Assembly: GCA_035559335.1 (NCBI GenBank)
Contig: DATMBH010000332.1
Coordinates: 1 to 56,111 of the forward strand
Direction of reading: 5' to 3'
From: Gemmatimonadales bacterium
Lineage (GTDB): Bacteria; Gemmatimonadota; Gemmatimonadetes; Gemmatimonadales; JACORV01
Length of the DNA: 56,111 nucleotides
The notes under the pieces were generated by a model. That model was given only the letters and a program-made list of their open reading frames with translations. It did no database searches and was not told the origin of the DNA. A program made the translations under genes and the position numbers. Positions 17,447-27,169 of the stretch are shown one piece after another (the first letter of the stretch is position 1; every line of letters starts with the position of its first letter).

Positions 17447-17996
17447 GCTCGATTCCCCGAGCGACGAGGAAGTCGCCGAGTACGTTGACGAACTCCTGAA
17501 GAAGCGACTCGGCCTGTCGGCGACGGTGGCGGCGCAGATCGGGCGCTACGAATCGGTAGTGCGGCGCGACGGCGTGGTGAGCGGAGAGGAACTCGAGCAG
17601 GTGCTACGCCTCGCGAGTCGCCGCACCGACGCCGCTCTGGTTTTCTCGGAAAGCGGGCGCGGCGCGGCGCGGCGCGCCATGCTGCGACTGTCGCCGTTCA
17701 CGCGCTGGTCCGCGAGGCATCTGCCGCGGCCCATCGGCCGCGCTATAGGATTCCGGGCGGTACGCAGTGCGGCGGCATCGGTGTTCGACGTGGAGCTGAC
17801 GCGCGAGTCGGGCGCGGTGGTGGGGGTTGCCGCCGATGCGCTTCTGGTGCGGGCGACGCCGGATGGGACGGCCTGCGGGTTCGTTGGCGCGGGCATCGCC
17901 GAGTTGATGCGCCAGCTGGTGGACTTCGACGGCATCGTGGTCCACGCGCGGTGCGCCGCGCGCGGTGACGAGCGGTGCGAGTGGAGAGCGGAATGA
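17439..17996 (+). CDS. V4R-domain (hydrocarbon/small-molecule binding) protein
   Basis: The C-terminus CGFVGAGIAELMRQLVDFDGIVVHARCAARGDERCEW fits the V4R Cys pattern. ATG 17439 was chosen; the track ORF from 17259 is antisense to DUF92. Confidence 0.55.
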   Translation: MRKLDSPSDEEVAEYVDELLKKRLGLSATVAAQIGRYESVVRRDGVVSGEELEQVLRLASRRTDAALVFSESGRGAARRAMLRLSPFTRWSARHLPRPIGRAIGFRAVRSAAASVFDVELTRESGAVVGVAADALLVRATPDGTACGFVGAGIAELMRQLVDFDGIVVHARCAARGDERCEWRAE

Positions 17997-19192
17997 GCGA
18001 TGTTGCCAGGGCATTGACTCCGGAGCGACTGGAGGAAATCCGCGCCTCGCTGGTGCGGCTGCAGCTGGACGGCTGGCTGCTGTTCGACTTCCATGGCCTT
18101 AACCCGGCGGCCACGCGGGTGCTGGGACTAGGCGGCCTGGCGACCCGCCGGCTGTTCGTCCTGATCCCGGCGGTAGGCAAGCCGCTCGCCATAGCGCACC
18201 GCATCGAGCTGCACCGCGTGAGCGGTTTCCCGGGCGAGGTGAAGCCGTACGCCGCCTGGCGCGAGCTGGAGAATGAACTGCGCGCTGCGCTGTCGGGCCG
18301 CAAGGTGGCGATGGAGATCTCGCCGCGCGATGCGGTACCCTACCTGGATCGCGTGCCCGCCGGCGTGGTGGAGTTGGTGCGCAGCGTCGGGGCCGAGGTG
18401 GTCTCGTCCGGCGAGCTGGTAACTACGATTGCGGCGCGGTGGACCGCGGAGGAACTGGCCGGGCACCGCCATGCAGCCGAGGCGCTGCGGGAAATAGCGT
18501 TAGGCGCTTTCCAGCAGGTCGGCCGGTGGCTCGCACAGGGTGAGGAATGCACCGAACAGCGCCTGCAGCGCTGGGTGCTGGATGCCTTCGACCAGGGCGG
18601 CCTGGTGACCACCGACCCGCCCATCGTGGCGGTGGGCGCCAACGCCGCCAACCCGCACCACGAGGTGGCCCAGGGCGCGAGCACGCCGATTGCCCGGGAC
18701 CAGGTGCTGCTGCTGGATCTGTGGGCCGGCCCCGGCCGCGAGTCGGTGTTCGCCGACCAGACCTGGATGTGCTTCACCGGCGCCGCTCCACCGACCGAAG
18801 TAGTGCGGGTATTCGAAACGGTGCGCGATGCGCGCGACACGGCGGTCCACCTGTTGCGCGACCGGTGGCGGGAGGGCTGGTCCGTCACCGGCGCCGACCT
18901 TGACGACGCCGCGCGCCGGATAATCCGCACGGCGGGCTACGGTGACTACTTCCCGCATCGCACGGGTCACTCCATTGACAGGGACCTGCACGGCTCAGGT
19001 CCGCATCTCGACAACTACGAGACCCACGACGACCGCAGGTTGGTGCCGGGAGTAGGGTTTTCGGTCGAGCCGGGCATCTACCTGCCGGGGAGGTTCGGGG
19101 TGAGACTCGAGATCAACGTGGCTCTGCACGAGGACGGTCCGGAAGTGACGCCGCAGGAGCCGCAGCAGGCACTGGTGACCCTAGCGGGCTGA
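17993..19192 (+). CDS. M24 family metallopeptidase (Xaa-Pro aminopeptidase-like)
   Basis: The pita-bread metal ligand context is present: LLLDLWAG, HRTGHSID, GFSVEPGIY, VRLEINV. ATG 17993 overlaps the upstream stop (ATGA). Confidence 0.85.
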   Translation: MSDVARALTPERLEEIRASLVRLQLDGWLLFDFHGLNPAATRVLGLGGLATRRLFVLIPAVGKPLAIAHRIELHRVSGFPGEVKPYAAWRELENELRAALSGRKVAMEISPRDAVPYLDRVPAGVVELVRSVGAEVVSSGELVTTIAARWTAEELAGHRHAAEALREIALGAFQQVGRWLAQGEECTEQRLQRWVLDAFDQGGLVTTDPPIVAVGANAANPHHEVAQGASTPIARDQVLLLDLWAGPGRESVFADQTWMCFTGAAPPTEVVRVFETVRDARDTAVHLLRDRWREGWSVTGADLDDAARRIIRTAGYGDYFPHRTGHSIDRDLHGSGPHLDNYETHDDRRLVPGVGFSVEPGIYLPGRFGVRLEINVALHEDGPEVTPQEPQQALVTLAG

Positions 19193-19241
19193 TTGACGTC
19201 GGGATAACATTGGGCGCCCGTTTGAACCTTTCGGAGCACTC

Positions 19242-19706
19242 GTGACGGTTCCACCCAACAGCAACGACCTGGACACGATCAGGCGGATCCTCTTCGGCGC
19301 TGATGTTGCCCGCATCGAGCAGGCGCTGGCCGACCAGCGCTCGGCGCTGGGAGGGAGAGTCGCGGACCTCGAGCAGAAGCTGGAGCGCGCGGTGGGCGAG
19401 CTGGATCAGCGGGTCGAGCGGCGACTCGACGAGCTGTCGCAGCGCGTTACCACGCAGCTGGATGACCTCTCGCGCCGCCAGCAGGCGCACGCCGAGCGCG
19501 TGACGCAGTTGCTCGACCAGGTAATGGTTGAACTGTCGCGCCGCACCGAGCAGTTGACTGCCGAGACGCGGTCCGCCGTGGACGAATTGAAGTCCCGGGC
19601 CGCCGACCTGGAGAAACGGAAGCTGAACGTGGCGGATTTCGGCTCGGCACTGGCGATGCTGGGCCAGAGGTTGGCGGGCATGTCGGACGAGGGAGGACAG
19701 CGCTGA
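19242..19706 (+). CDS. hypothetical coiled-coil protein
   Basis: Heptad-like, Glu/Arg/Leu-rich sequence (DLEQKLERAVGELDQRVERRLDELSQRVTTQLDDLSRRQQAH...). No family recognised. Confidence 0.5.
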   Translation: MTVPPNSNDLDTIRRILFGADVARIEQALADQRSALGGRVADLEQKLERAVGELDQRVERRLDELSQRVTTQLDDLSRRQQAHAERVTQLLDQVMVELSRRTEQLTAETRSAVDELKSRAADLEKRKLNVADFGSALAMLGQRLAGMSDEGGQR

Positions 19707-19754
19707 GGTGTCCCTTGTGGTGGACACCCCCGGAATCGGCCTGTAACGCGTTGC

Positions 19755-19784
19755 TTGACAGGGCTTGAGGGCCGCGGTCATATT
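19755..19784 (+). promoter_or_regulatory. candidate sigma-70-type promoter ahead of the outer-membrane island
   Basis: Consensus -35 TTGACA, 18-nt spacer, CATATT. It would give a leader of about 200 nt before ATG 19993. Confidence 0.3.
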
Positions 19785-19992
19785 CGCCGGGCCCGATGCC
19801 ATGATTCGGGAAATGTCCTCTCCGGACGACGCCGGCTGCTCACGGGGTCGTCGTGAATCAAGAACGCAGTAGCGTGTTGCGCTGTAGCTGCTGGTCGGTT
19901 GGCCAAGGCGATCCATCGGAAGGAGGTGGCGTGTCGCTGCTGCCTTGTCGGTTCTTCGTGTCGTCTCGAGTACACGCATTTGGAGGCATTCA

Positions 19993-22900
19993 ATGATTCG
20001 TCCGAGTCGCTGGGCCTTGCTCGCCCGCGTCGCGGCGGTGTTTGGCGTTGCCGTGTCGTTCGGCGCCGGCGCCGCGTTGGCGCAGACGGGGGGCAAGATC
20101 GAAGGCACAGTCCGCGATCAGTCCGGCGCGCCGATAGCTGGTGCGCAGGTCTTCGTCGTGGGATCCGCCTTCTCCGCCACCACGAATGATCAGGGCTATT
20201 ACTTCATCAACAACGTCCCGGCCGGCGTGATGTCGGTACGGGCCCAGTTCATCGGCTACCAGCCCAGCGAGGTGCGGAACGTCCGCGTTCTCGCCGGTCA
20301 GACCCACACTGTCGATCACACGCTGGAGCAGCGCGCGATCGAGGTCGAGGGCATCACGGTGCGGGAGCAGCTGAACCCGATCGTGCCGCGCGACCAGGTG
20401 ACGTCCATCGGCCGCGTGGTTGGCGACCTGGTTGACAACCTTCCGGTGGACAACATCGGCACGGTGCTGCGGCTCCAGCCGGGCGTCGTGGACGGTCGCG
20501 ACGGCCTGACGATTCGCGGCGGCCGGCCGGGCGAGTCCATCACGTACATTGACGGCGTGCCGGTCCGCTCGGTGTCGGGCAACACCGGAACCGTTAGCGT
20601 GGGCACCAACGCCATCGAGGAAGCATCGGTGGTGACCGGTGCGATCGGCGCCGAGTTCGGTGACGCTCAGTCGGGCGTGATCTCGCTGGTTACGCGCGCA
20701 GGCGGCTCGTCGTTCAGCGGCAACCTCACGTATTCGACCGACGAAATCAGCGGCGAGACCTACGGCGCGGGAACGCACCGCATCGAGGCCTCCCTCGGTG
20801 GCCCGCTGGCGCGCAACCTGACGTTCTTCCTCTCCGCCACGATCCAGGGCGAGCAGAGCCCGCGCCGCGGCCTCGGCGCCGAGAACGTGCCGATCTATGT
20901 GATGAACGGCATCGACACCACGGTGACGATCGCCCTTTCACCGGGAAGCCCCACGTCGGACTCCCAGGTTGTCGCCCTCCCGGCCTTCACGCGCTATTCG
21001 CAGGGTCAGCGCCGCCCGGATGACTGGAGCGACGACTTCAACTTCGACGCCAAGCTGCGCTACTCCTATGGGACCGGTTCCGCGTTCAGCGTGACCTATC
21101 ACCAGACCCGGTCGCAAGACCTGTTCTGGCGCGGCAACAGTCTCTACAACCCGATGTCGCAGCGTGGCTCCCGCTCCAACAGCAGCGCGCTGATTTTCAA
21201 CTGGAACCAGAACATCGCCCGGTCGGCCGAGCAGGCGCTGACGCTGATGGCGAACTTCTCGATCCAGCATGACGAGTTCGTGTCCGGTCTCGTGGACCAG
21301 ACCTGGTTCAACGATCACCGCACGCCGTTCATGTGGTTCTCGCCGAGCAGCATGCAGTTCGTCTGGGATCTCGACAATTTCCCGATCGACGACCATCTCA
21401 TCCAGAACATCCGGAACAACTACTGCCTGCCGTCGGCGGGCGGCCTGTGCATTCCGGCGCTGGGTCGGAACGACCTGAACGCCTCCGCGCCGTTCCGGAT
21501 CAACCCCTATGGTGTCTCCCCCGGAGCTTCGTTCTTCCCGACCCAGGGTGTTGGCGTGGGCGGCCTGAACCTCAACGAGGAGACGCGCGTTACCGGTTCG
21601 GCGCAGATTGACTGGCAGGCGAATCGCTACAACCGCATCAAGATCGGCGGTGAGTTCGTAAGCGCCGACGCTTCGGTGTTCTTCGCCGGCAACCTGACCA
21701 ACCAGATCTTCATGGATGCGAACCGCTACAGCCCGAGCCGCATGGCCCTGTACGCGCAGGACCGCATCGACCTCGGCGACGTGGTGGTGGACCTCGGTTT
21801 GCGCTACGACCGCCTCGACGCGGGCGTGCTGTATCCGCGGACTCCGGGTCGGGTGTTCAGCGATCCGCTGCGCACCGGAGATCTCAGCCGTGCCCGCACC
21901 GCCGAGGACACGGCGGTAGCGAACCGCTGCGCGGCGCTGCTTGCCGCGGCCGACTCGGCCGGCTGGTCCACCTGCAACATGTTCGAGTCCGCTCCCAGGA
22001 GTGCGTTGTCGCCCAGCATCCGGGTTTCGTTCCCGATCACGGACCGCACGGGCTTCCGGCTCTCCTACGCTCATCAGCCTCAGGCGCCGGATTTCAACCT
22101 GCTGGCTACCGGTGTCAACGCGGATCTTGCGTTCACCAACACCAATGACGTGTTCGGGCGGGACCTGGACTACGGCAAGACGATCCTGTTCGAGTTCGGC
22201 ATCAGGCACGCCTTCAACGACGACCTGGTGCTCGACATCTCAGCCTACAACAAGGACAAGGTCTCGGACATCACCGCGCGCATCCTTCCGATCTACGATC
22301 CGCAGCGGAACGAGGTCCAGAACCTCAACGTGATGACCAACGCCGACTTCGGAAACGTGCGCGGCGTGGACATCAGGCTGGATCGCCGCATCGGCTCGCT
22401 GTTCCAGGGCTCGGTGTCCTACACCTACCAGTCGGCGCGCAGCACGGGTTCGGACCCGTTCGAGTACCTGAACACGTTGTCGCGCCAGATCAGCAACGTC
22501 ACCGGAGATCGGGTTCCTCCGCCGCAGGCGCTGCTGACCACGCGCAACGATCGGACCCACACGATCGCCGGCTCGCTGGCGCTCAACTTCCCGAACGGCT
22601 GGCGCTCCGGAACCCTCGCCGGATCGCTGCTCCAGAACACTGGGATGTTTGCGACCTTCCGGTTCGCGAGCGGTTTGCCTTACACGCGGATCGAGAACGC
22701 CGGCGCTGGATCGAGGGGGCCGGGCAACGGGTTCGGCCTGGTGGCCACCGGGACGGAGACGCTGAACAGCTCCCGGATGCCATGGTTCCGCAACGTGGAC
22801 CTGCGCGTCACGCGCGGGTTCCGCCTTGGGTCGCGTGACCTCACGCTGTTCGCGGACTTCCGCAACCTGTTCAACTGGGAGAACCTCACCGCGATCTTCG

Positions 22901-23250
22901 CCGAGACCGGCGACGTGGTGAACGAGAAGTTTGCCGAGCAGACTATCAGTCCGGTCCGCGTCACTCTTCAGCAGGACGCCGGAAACCTGTGGCAAACCCG
23001 CACGGTCAACGGCGTCACCGAGACCGGCGCGAACCTCAACTGCTCGCAGTGGTTGACTGGCGCCTCGCGGGGCCTGCCGGACTGCATCATGCTGCGGCGC
23101 GCCGAGGCCCGGTTTGGCAACGGGGACGGGTTCTTCTCGGAGGCCGAGCAGGACCGTGCTTTCCGTGAGTGGTTCAACCTGTTCCAGGGCCCACACACAC
23201 TGCGCGGCCCCGGATTCAACATGCGGATCGGGTTCGAGCTCAACTTCTAA
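19993..23250 (+). CDS. TonB-dependent-receptor-like outer-membrane barrel with N-terminal carboxypeptidase-regulatory domain
   Basis: GGAGG RBS. Signal peptide ...GAGAALA|QTGG. CarboxypepD_reg-like GKIEGTVRDQSGAPIAGAQVFVVG...YYFINNVPAGVMSVRAQFIGY. Plug-like LRLQPGVV..GLTIRGGRPGESITYIDGVPV. The C-terminus is ...RIGFELNF, with a terminal aromatic residue. Confidence 0.9.
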   Translation: MIRPSRWALLARVAAVFGVAVSFGAGAALAQTGGKIEGTVRDQSGAPIAGAQVFVVGSAFSATTNDQGYYFINNVPAGVMSVRAQFIGYQPSEVRNVRVLAGQTHTVDHTLEQRAIEVEGITVREQLNPIVPRDQVTSIGRVVGDLVDNLPVDNIGTVLRLQPGVVDGRDGLTIRGGRPGESITYIDGVPVRSVSGNTGTVSVGTNAIEEASVVTGAIGAEFGDAQSGVISLVTRAGGSSFSGNLTYSTDEISGETYGAGTHRIEASLGGPLARNLTFFLSATIQGEQSPRRGLGAENVPIYVMNGIDTTVTIALSPGSPTSDSQVVALPAFTRYSQGQRRPDDWSDDFNFDAKLRYSYGTGSAFSVTYHQTRSQDLFWRGNSLYNPMSQRGSRSNSSALIFNWNQNIARSAEQALTLMANFSIQHDEFVSGLVDQTWFNDHRTPFMWFSPSSMQFVWDLDNFPIDDHLIQNIRNNYCLPSAGGLCIPALGRNDLNASAPFRINPYGVSPGASFFPTQGVGVGGLNLNEETRVTGSAQIDWQANRYNRIKIGGEFVSADASVFFAGNLTNQIFMDANRYSPSRMALYAQDRIDLGDVVVDLGLRYDRLDAGVLYPRTPGRVFSDPLRTGDLSRARTAEDTAVANRCAALLAAADSAGWSTCNMFESAPRSALSPSIRVSFPITDRTGFRLSYAHQPQAPDFNLLATGVNADLAFTNTNDVFGRDLDYGKTILFEFGIRHAFNDDLVLDISAYNKDKVSDITARILPIYDPQRNEVQNLNVMTNADFGNVRGVDIRLDRRIGSLFQGSVSYTYQSARSTGSDPFEYLNTLSRQISNVTGDRVPPPQALLTTRNDRTHTIAGSLALNFPNGWRSGTLAGSLLQNTGMFATFRFASGLPYTRIENAGAGSRGPGNGFGLVATGTETLNSSRMPWFRNVDLRVTRGFRLGSRDLTLFADFRNLFNWENLTAIFAETGDVVNEKFAEQTISPVRVTLQQDAGNLWQTRTVNGVTETGANLNCSQWLTGASRGLPDCIMLRRAEARFGNGDGFFSEAEQDRAFREWFNLFQGPHTLRGPGFNMRIGFELNF

Positions 23251-23262
23251 CGCGTCACTGGT

Positions 23263-23292
23263 GCCGGAGGCGCCTGACCAGGTGCCTCCGGC
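23263..23292 (+). other. GC-rich intercistronic hairpin (no U-tract)
   Basis: gccggaggcgcctg / caggtgcctccggc, 13/14 bp, in the 63-nt gap between the barrel and the 1282-aa gene. Confidence 0.45.
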
Positions 23293-23313
23293 CAAAACGG
23301 TCAAGGAGTTCGC

Positions 23314-26300
23314 ATGGCATCGAAGCTCTTCCGGCGAATGGCTCGGGCGGTGTTCCTGCTCGGCGGCGTGGCCCTGATTGCCGCGTCGTCGGCGGAGGCC
23401 GCGCGGCCAGTGCGGCGGACCACGCGGCCGGCTGCGGCGCGTGGCTTCAACCTGTTCGCTGGCGCGGTGAACGTTCTGATGAACGTGAACCGGGTCCAGT
23501 GCAACGTGAACAACATCGGCGAAAGCTGCGTGGACCCGACCAACAGCCCGGTCGTGGGCGGCGGCTTCTGGCCGAAGGGCAGCCCGAACCAGTACATCTT
23601 CAACTCCGGCCTCCAGGTCGCAGCCATCATCCCTGGTAGCGACCAACCGGGCTTCACGTGGCCGGGGGACACGGTTGGAGCGTTCTTCTTCGACCCCCGC
23701 GGCGACCAGGCGCACGGCGAAGGCCGCACCAACGTGTTCAACGGCCTCTCGGCCGCGGACCTGGCCGAGTGGCCCAGCGCCGCGTATGTCCGGGACACGA
23801 CCCTGTTCAACGCCGCGCTGATCGGGCGGCGCACCGTGTCGCAGCAGGACCTGTGGACCAGGTTCTGGGACGGCAACCCGAACCTTTCGGCCGGCCGCCA
23901 GCACTCGATGGGAATCCTGGTCGAGCAGCGCGCTCTGGCGTGGAACTTCCCCTCGGGCAACCAGGACATCGTGTACTTCCTGTACCGGTTCATCAACATC
24001 ACGGCGCGTGATGCCTCCCGGTACGCGAACCTGGCCAACTACGGCTATACGCAGGCTGATATTAACGAGATCGTCGCGATCGCCAACGAGTGGCAGGACC
24101 GCGCCGAGGCAGCCTACAACGTCCAGATCCCGGACACCGGCTTCGCGTGGACCAACATGTACGCGGCCTTCGCGCAGGACCCGGACGTCGGGCAGGCGGG
24201 GCAGAACTACTCCAATGCGATTCTGCCGTTCAACATCGCCATGGCCTACAAGTCGGACTTTCGCGAGCCGACCTGGCAGTTCCCGCCTGACATCAACGGC
24301 GCCCCGTTCGCGCCGGCCCCGGGCTTCGAGGGCGTGAAGTACCTCGCCAGCCCGAACAACATCGGCATCGCCATGTCGGGCAACACCACCAACGGCGCGC
24401 CGTTCCCGGACGCGGTTGGTGTGCAGCGGCTGTGGCGCAACCTGTCGGGAAACCTGCTTCCAGCCGACGGCACCTGCTCGGTCTCTAACCCGCAGGCTCG
24501 CAGGTTCTGCTTCTGGGCGCAGGTGCCGGCTGACACCCGGTTCTTCGAGTCTTCCGGCCCGTTCAGCCTGGGTCCGGGAGAGTCCGCCGTGATCGTGGTG
24601 GCGTACGTCCACGCCGCGCCGGTGCAGAGCTACCCCGGCATGGGTACCTACAGCCTAACGCCGTTCATCGGCGGCAACATGGTTCCCGGCTTCGCCATCG
24701 AGGGTTCACGTTTGGTGGCGGGCACGGACACGCTGCGGGCGGTGGACCGCGCCGCCGGCTGGATCAACCATAGCGACGTCAACGGCGACGGCACCATCAC
24801 GCAGGATGAAGTGACGACCGTGCCGCGTTCGCTGCTCAACAAGTCGCTGGTGGCGCAGGCCGTGTTCGATGCGCGGTTCCTGCTGCCGTTCGCGCCCGAG
24901 GTGCCGGAGTTCTACCTCGTGGCGGGCGATAACGAGGTGACCATCGCGTGGACCCGTAGCGTCACCGAGACCGTCGGCGATCCGTTCTTCGCGGTGGCCT
25001 CGGATGTGACCAACGCGCTATACGATCCGAACTTCCGCGAGTTCGACGTGGAAGGCTACCGGATCTGGCGCGGCCGGAGCCAGGCGCAGATGGAGATGAT
25101 CGCCTCGTTCGACTACAGCGGCACGACCATCACGGACTACACGGGCCAGTTCTGGACCAGCGACTACGGCAACCAGTGCGCGCCCGAGCTTGGCATCACT
25201 ACAACCTGCCCGGTCGCGTTCAACCCGAACGGCTCGGGTCCAACCTGGGACATCCCGCTTTCGGGTGACATCATTCAGATCCCGCCCGGCGGCAGGGTGC
25301 AGCTGGCTAACGGGACGATCTACCACGTAACGGCCGATACGGTGTCGGGACTCAATGACACCGGCGTGCCGTTCGCGTTCACCGATCGCAGCGTCCGCAA
25401 CGGGTTCCGCTACTTCTACGCGGTCACGGCGGTTGACGTGAACAGCGTTAAGTCGGGCCCCAGCTCGCTCGAGTCGCCGCTGGTCACCAAGACGGTGACG
25501 CCGCGGGCGCCCAGCTCGAACAACCAGCCGGCGGTGTTCATCACCGGCATGTTCGGCGACAACGGCGCCACCCAGCTCGATCCCTCGGCGGAGTTCCCGA
25601 GGATAGACCCGGACAACGGCACGTTCAGCGGCCCGATTCCGCCGGTCAACAACGTTGACTACGGGTTCCTGTCGTTCGTGGCGGAGGCGTTGCCCACCGG
25701 CGACTTCATCGCGCGGATTGACTCGCTGGTCGCCGGCTTTACGGGCGGCATCGGCACCCACCCGCAGCTGTACGTGTCGTTCATCGCGGGCGCCGACACG
25801 TTCCGGACCAGCTTCGACATAAACCCGCCGGACTTCAACGCGCAGCCGACTGTCGTGAATGAGTTCGAGGGCGGTTTGGCGCTGGTGCCGTTCGACGTTC
25901 AGCGTGCTCAGGCCGTGGGCATCTCGGCGGCCTTTGCTCAGTCCTCGCGAATGCCGGTGCTGTTTACCGGACGCACCTCGGCACTCTCGAACACGCCTTC
26001 GGTGACGCTTACCCAGGGACGCTTCGGTATCGGCGGGCAGGCCAGCCGTTACCTGATGCGGTCCCGGTGGTTCGAGGGCAACTCGGAGCCGGCGGACCCG
26101 ACCATCAACTTCAACGCCTCTGCCGCAAACACCGCGGGTCAGCTTACCGGGGTGACGCGGATATGGGCACCGCAGTCGTATCGGCAGCCCACGGCTAACG
26201 TGAACCTGCTGTTCCGCGGCTACGGCTACGCGCTAGCTAGCTGGTATCCGGCCGACTTCGTGGTCACGTGGGGGGCGGGCGGTACCGTTACGGTGCGAGA

Positions 26301-27162
26301 CTCGACCCACCGTGTGAACCTGCCGTTCCGTCGCGATCTCGGCGCCGGCTATGGGTTCCTGAACATGTCCGCTCTGGCGGCGGCTGGAGTAACGGCCGGC
26401 GAACTAGCTGACGGCACGGGTAGCCCGAACATGACGACAGCTAGCTATCACGCGCTGTACGCAATCGCGCCGGTCTGCACCCCGGACTGGTGGGATATCA
26501 CCTGTGCTCCGCTACAGAGCAGCGCAGCAATCCAGCCGCTCGATGTGACCGGCGACGGCGTTGCTGATGGTAACGGCATCGTGTTCGTGATCAACGGCGA
26601 AGCGTGGTGGATGGAGATGAGTTCGCTTCCGGCCGCGGGCACGGTGTGGCGCCTGAGGGCAGTTGGCGGCGCAGGTCTGACGGCCACCTGCACTCCAGCG
26701 CTACCGGCGGGCACTGGTTTCTACAGCACGCCTCCGACCGACTGCTCCAACTACAACTACGTTCCGGCCACCAGCACCCGGACCGGCTACCCACCGGGGC
26801 TGCAGTATGTGATCCGCGTGACTCAGGGCTTCCAGATCGCTTCCAATTCGGGCGACCTGAGCCGGATTCACACGGTACCGGATCCGTACTACGTGACCAA
26901 CCAGCTGGAGATCACGGCGAACACCAAGGTGCTCCGGTTCGTAAACCTGCCGGACCGCGCGGTGATCCGTATCTACAGTACCAGCGGAATCCTGGTGAAC
27001 GTCCTGAATCACAATGATCCGGCGGGCGGCGGTGAGCTGGTGTGGAACCTCCGCAACCGCAACAACCAGTTCGTGGCGAGCGGCGTGTACTTCTATCACG
27101 TCGAGACGCCTGACGGCCGGGAGAAAATCGGCCGGTTCACGGTGGTCAACTTCGCCCAGTAA
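23314..27162 (+). CDS. 1282-aa secreted orphan protein with T9SS-type (Por_Secre_tail / FlgD-Ig-like) C-terminal sorting domain
   Basis: Signal peptide MASKLFRRMARAVFLLGGVALIAASSAEA. Internal FN3-like segment (EFYLVAGDNEVTIAWTR...EGYRIWRGRS...FRYFYAVTAVDVNS). Ca-binding-like DVNGDGTITQDE. The last ~90 aa, VPDPYYVTNQ...AVIRIYSTSGILVNVL...LVWNLRNRNNQFVASGVYFYHVETPDGREKIGRFTVV, match the T9SS CTD pattern. No catalytic motif seen. Confidence 0.85.
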   Translation: MASKLFRRMARAVFLLGGVALIAASSAEAARPVRRTTRPAAARGFNLFAGAVNVLMNVNRVQCNVNNIGESCVDPTNSPVVGGGFWPKGSPNQYIFNSGLQVAAIIPGSDQPGFTWPGDTVGAFFFDPRGDQAHGEGRTNVFNGLSAADLAEWPSAAYVRDTTLFNAALIGRRTVSQQDLWTRFWDGNPNLSAGRQHSMGILVEQRALAWNFPSGNQDIVYFLYRFINITARDASRYANLANYGYTQADINEIVAIANEWQDRAEAAYNVQIPDTGFAWTNMYAAFAQDPDVGQAGQNYSNAILPFNIAMAYKSDFREPTWQFPPDINGAPFAPAPGFEGVKYLASPNNIGIAMSGNTTNGAPFPDAVGVQRLWRNLSGNLLPADGTCSVSNPQARRFCFWAQVPADTRFFESSGPFSLGPGESAVIVVAYVHAAPVQSYPGMGTYSLTPFIGGNMVPGFAIEGSRLVAGTDTLRAVDRAAGWINHSDVNGDGTITQDEVTTVPRSLLNKSLVAQAVFDARFLLPFAPEVPEFYLVAGDNEVTIAWTRSVTETVGDPFFAVASDVTNALYDPNFREFDVEGYRIWRGRSQAQMEMIASFDYSGTTITDYTGQFWTSDYGNQCAPELGITTTCPVAFNPNGSGPTWDIPLSGDIIQIPPGGRVQLANGTIYHVTADTVSGLNDTGVPFAFTDRSVRNGFRYFYAVTAVDVNSVKSGPSSLESPLVTKTVTPRAPSSNNQPAVFITGMFGDNGATQLDPSAEFPRIDPDNGTFSGPIPPVNNVDYGFLSFVAEALPTGDFIARIDSLVAGFTGGIGTHPQLYVSFIAGADTFRTSFDINPPDFNAQPTVVNEFEGGLALVPFDVQRAQAVGISAAFAQSSRMPVLFTGRTSALSNTPSVTLTQGRFGIGGQASRYLMRSRWFEGNSEPADPTINFNASAANTAGQLTGVTRIWAPQSYRQPTANVNLLFRGYGYALASWYPADFVVTWGAGGTVTVRDSTHRVNLPFRRDLGAGYGFLNMSALAAAGVTAGELADGTGSPNMTTASYHALYAIAPVCTPDWWDITCAPLQSSAAIQPLDVTGDGVADGNGIVFVINGEAWWMEMSSLPAAGTVWRLRAVGGAGLTATCTPALPAGTGFYSTPPTDCSNYNYVPATSTRTGYPPGLQYVIRVTQGFQIASNSGDLSRIHTVPDPYYVTNQLEITANTKVLRFVNLPDRAVIRIYSTSGILVNVLNHNDPAGGGELVWNLRNRNNQFVASGVYFYHVETPDGREKIGRFTVVNFAQ

Positions 27163-27169
27163 CTGACCC

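Noticed and set aside
19785-19992. A cobalamin or other known riboswitch in the leader of the TonB-type barrel.
   Set aside because: No B12 box or the conserved GGGAA...GGTGAAAATCC-type core could be found by eye. Only a generic GGGAA and ordinary stems are present. I kept it only as an unclassified long leader.
22240-24612. A 790-aa minus-strand ORF antisense to the TonB-type barrel and the 1282-aa gene. Similar long antisense ORFs lie at 20938-22209, 37136-38863, 44071-45948, 9414-10571 and 46963-47829.
   Set aside because: Their translations are Arg/Pro/Gly/Ala-rich low-complexity strings with no motifs. Each lies opposite an ORF with clear family signatures. Stop-codon depletion on the antisense strand is expected at this GC content.
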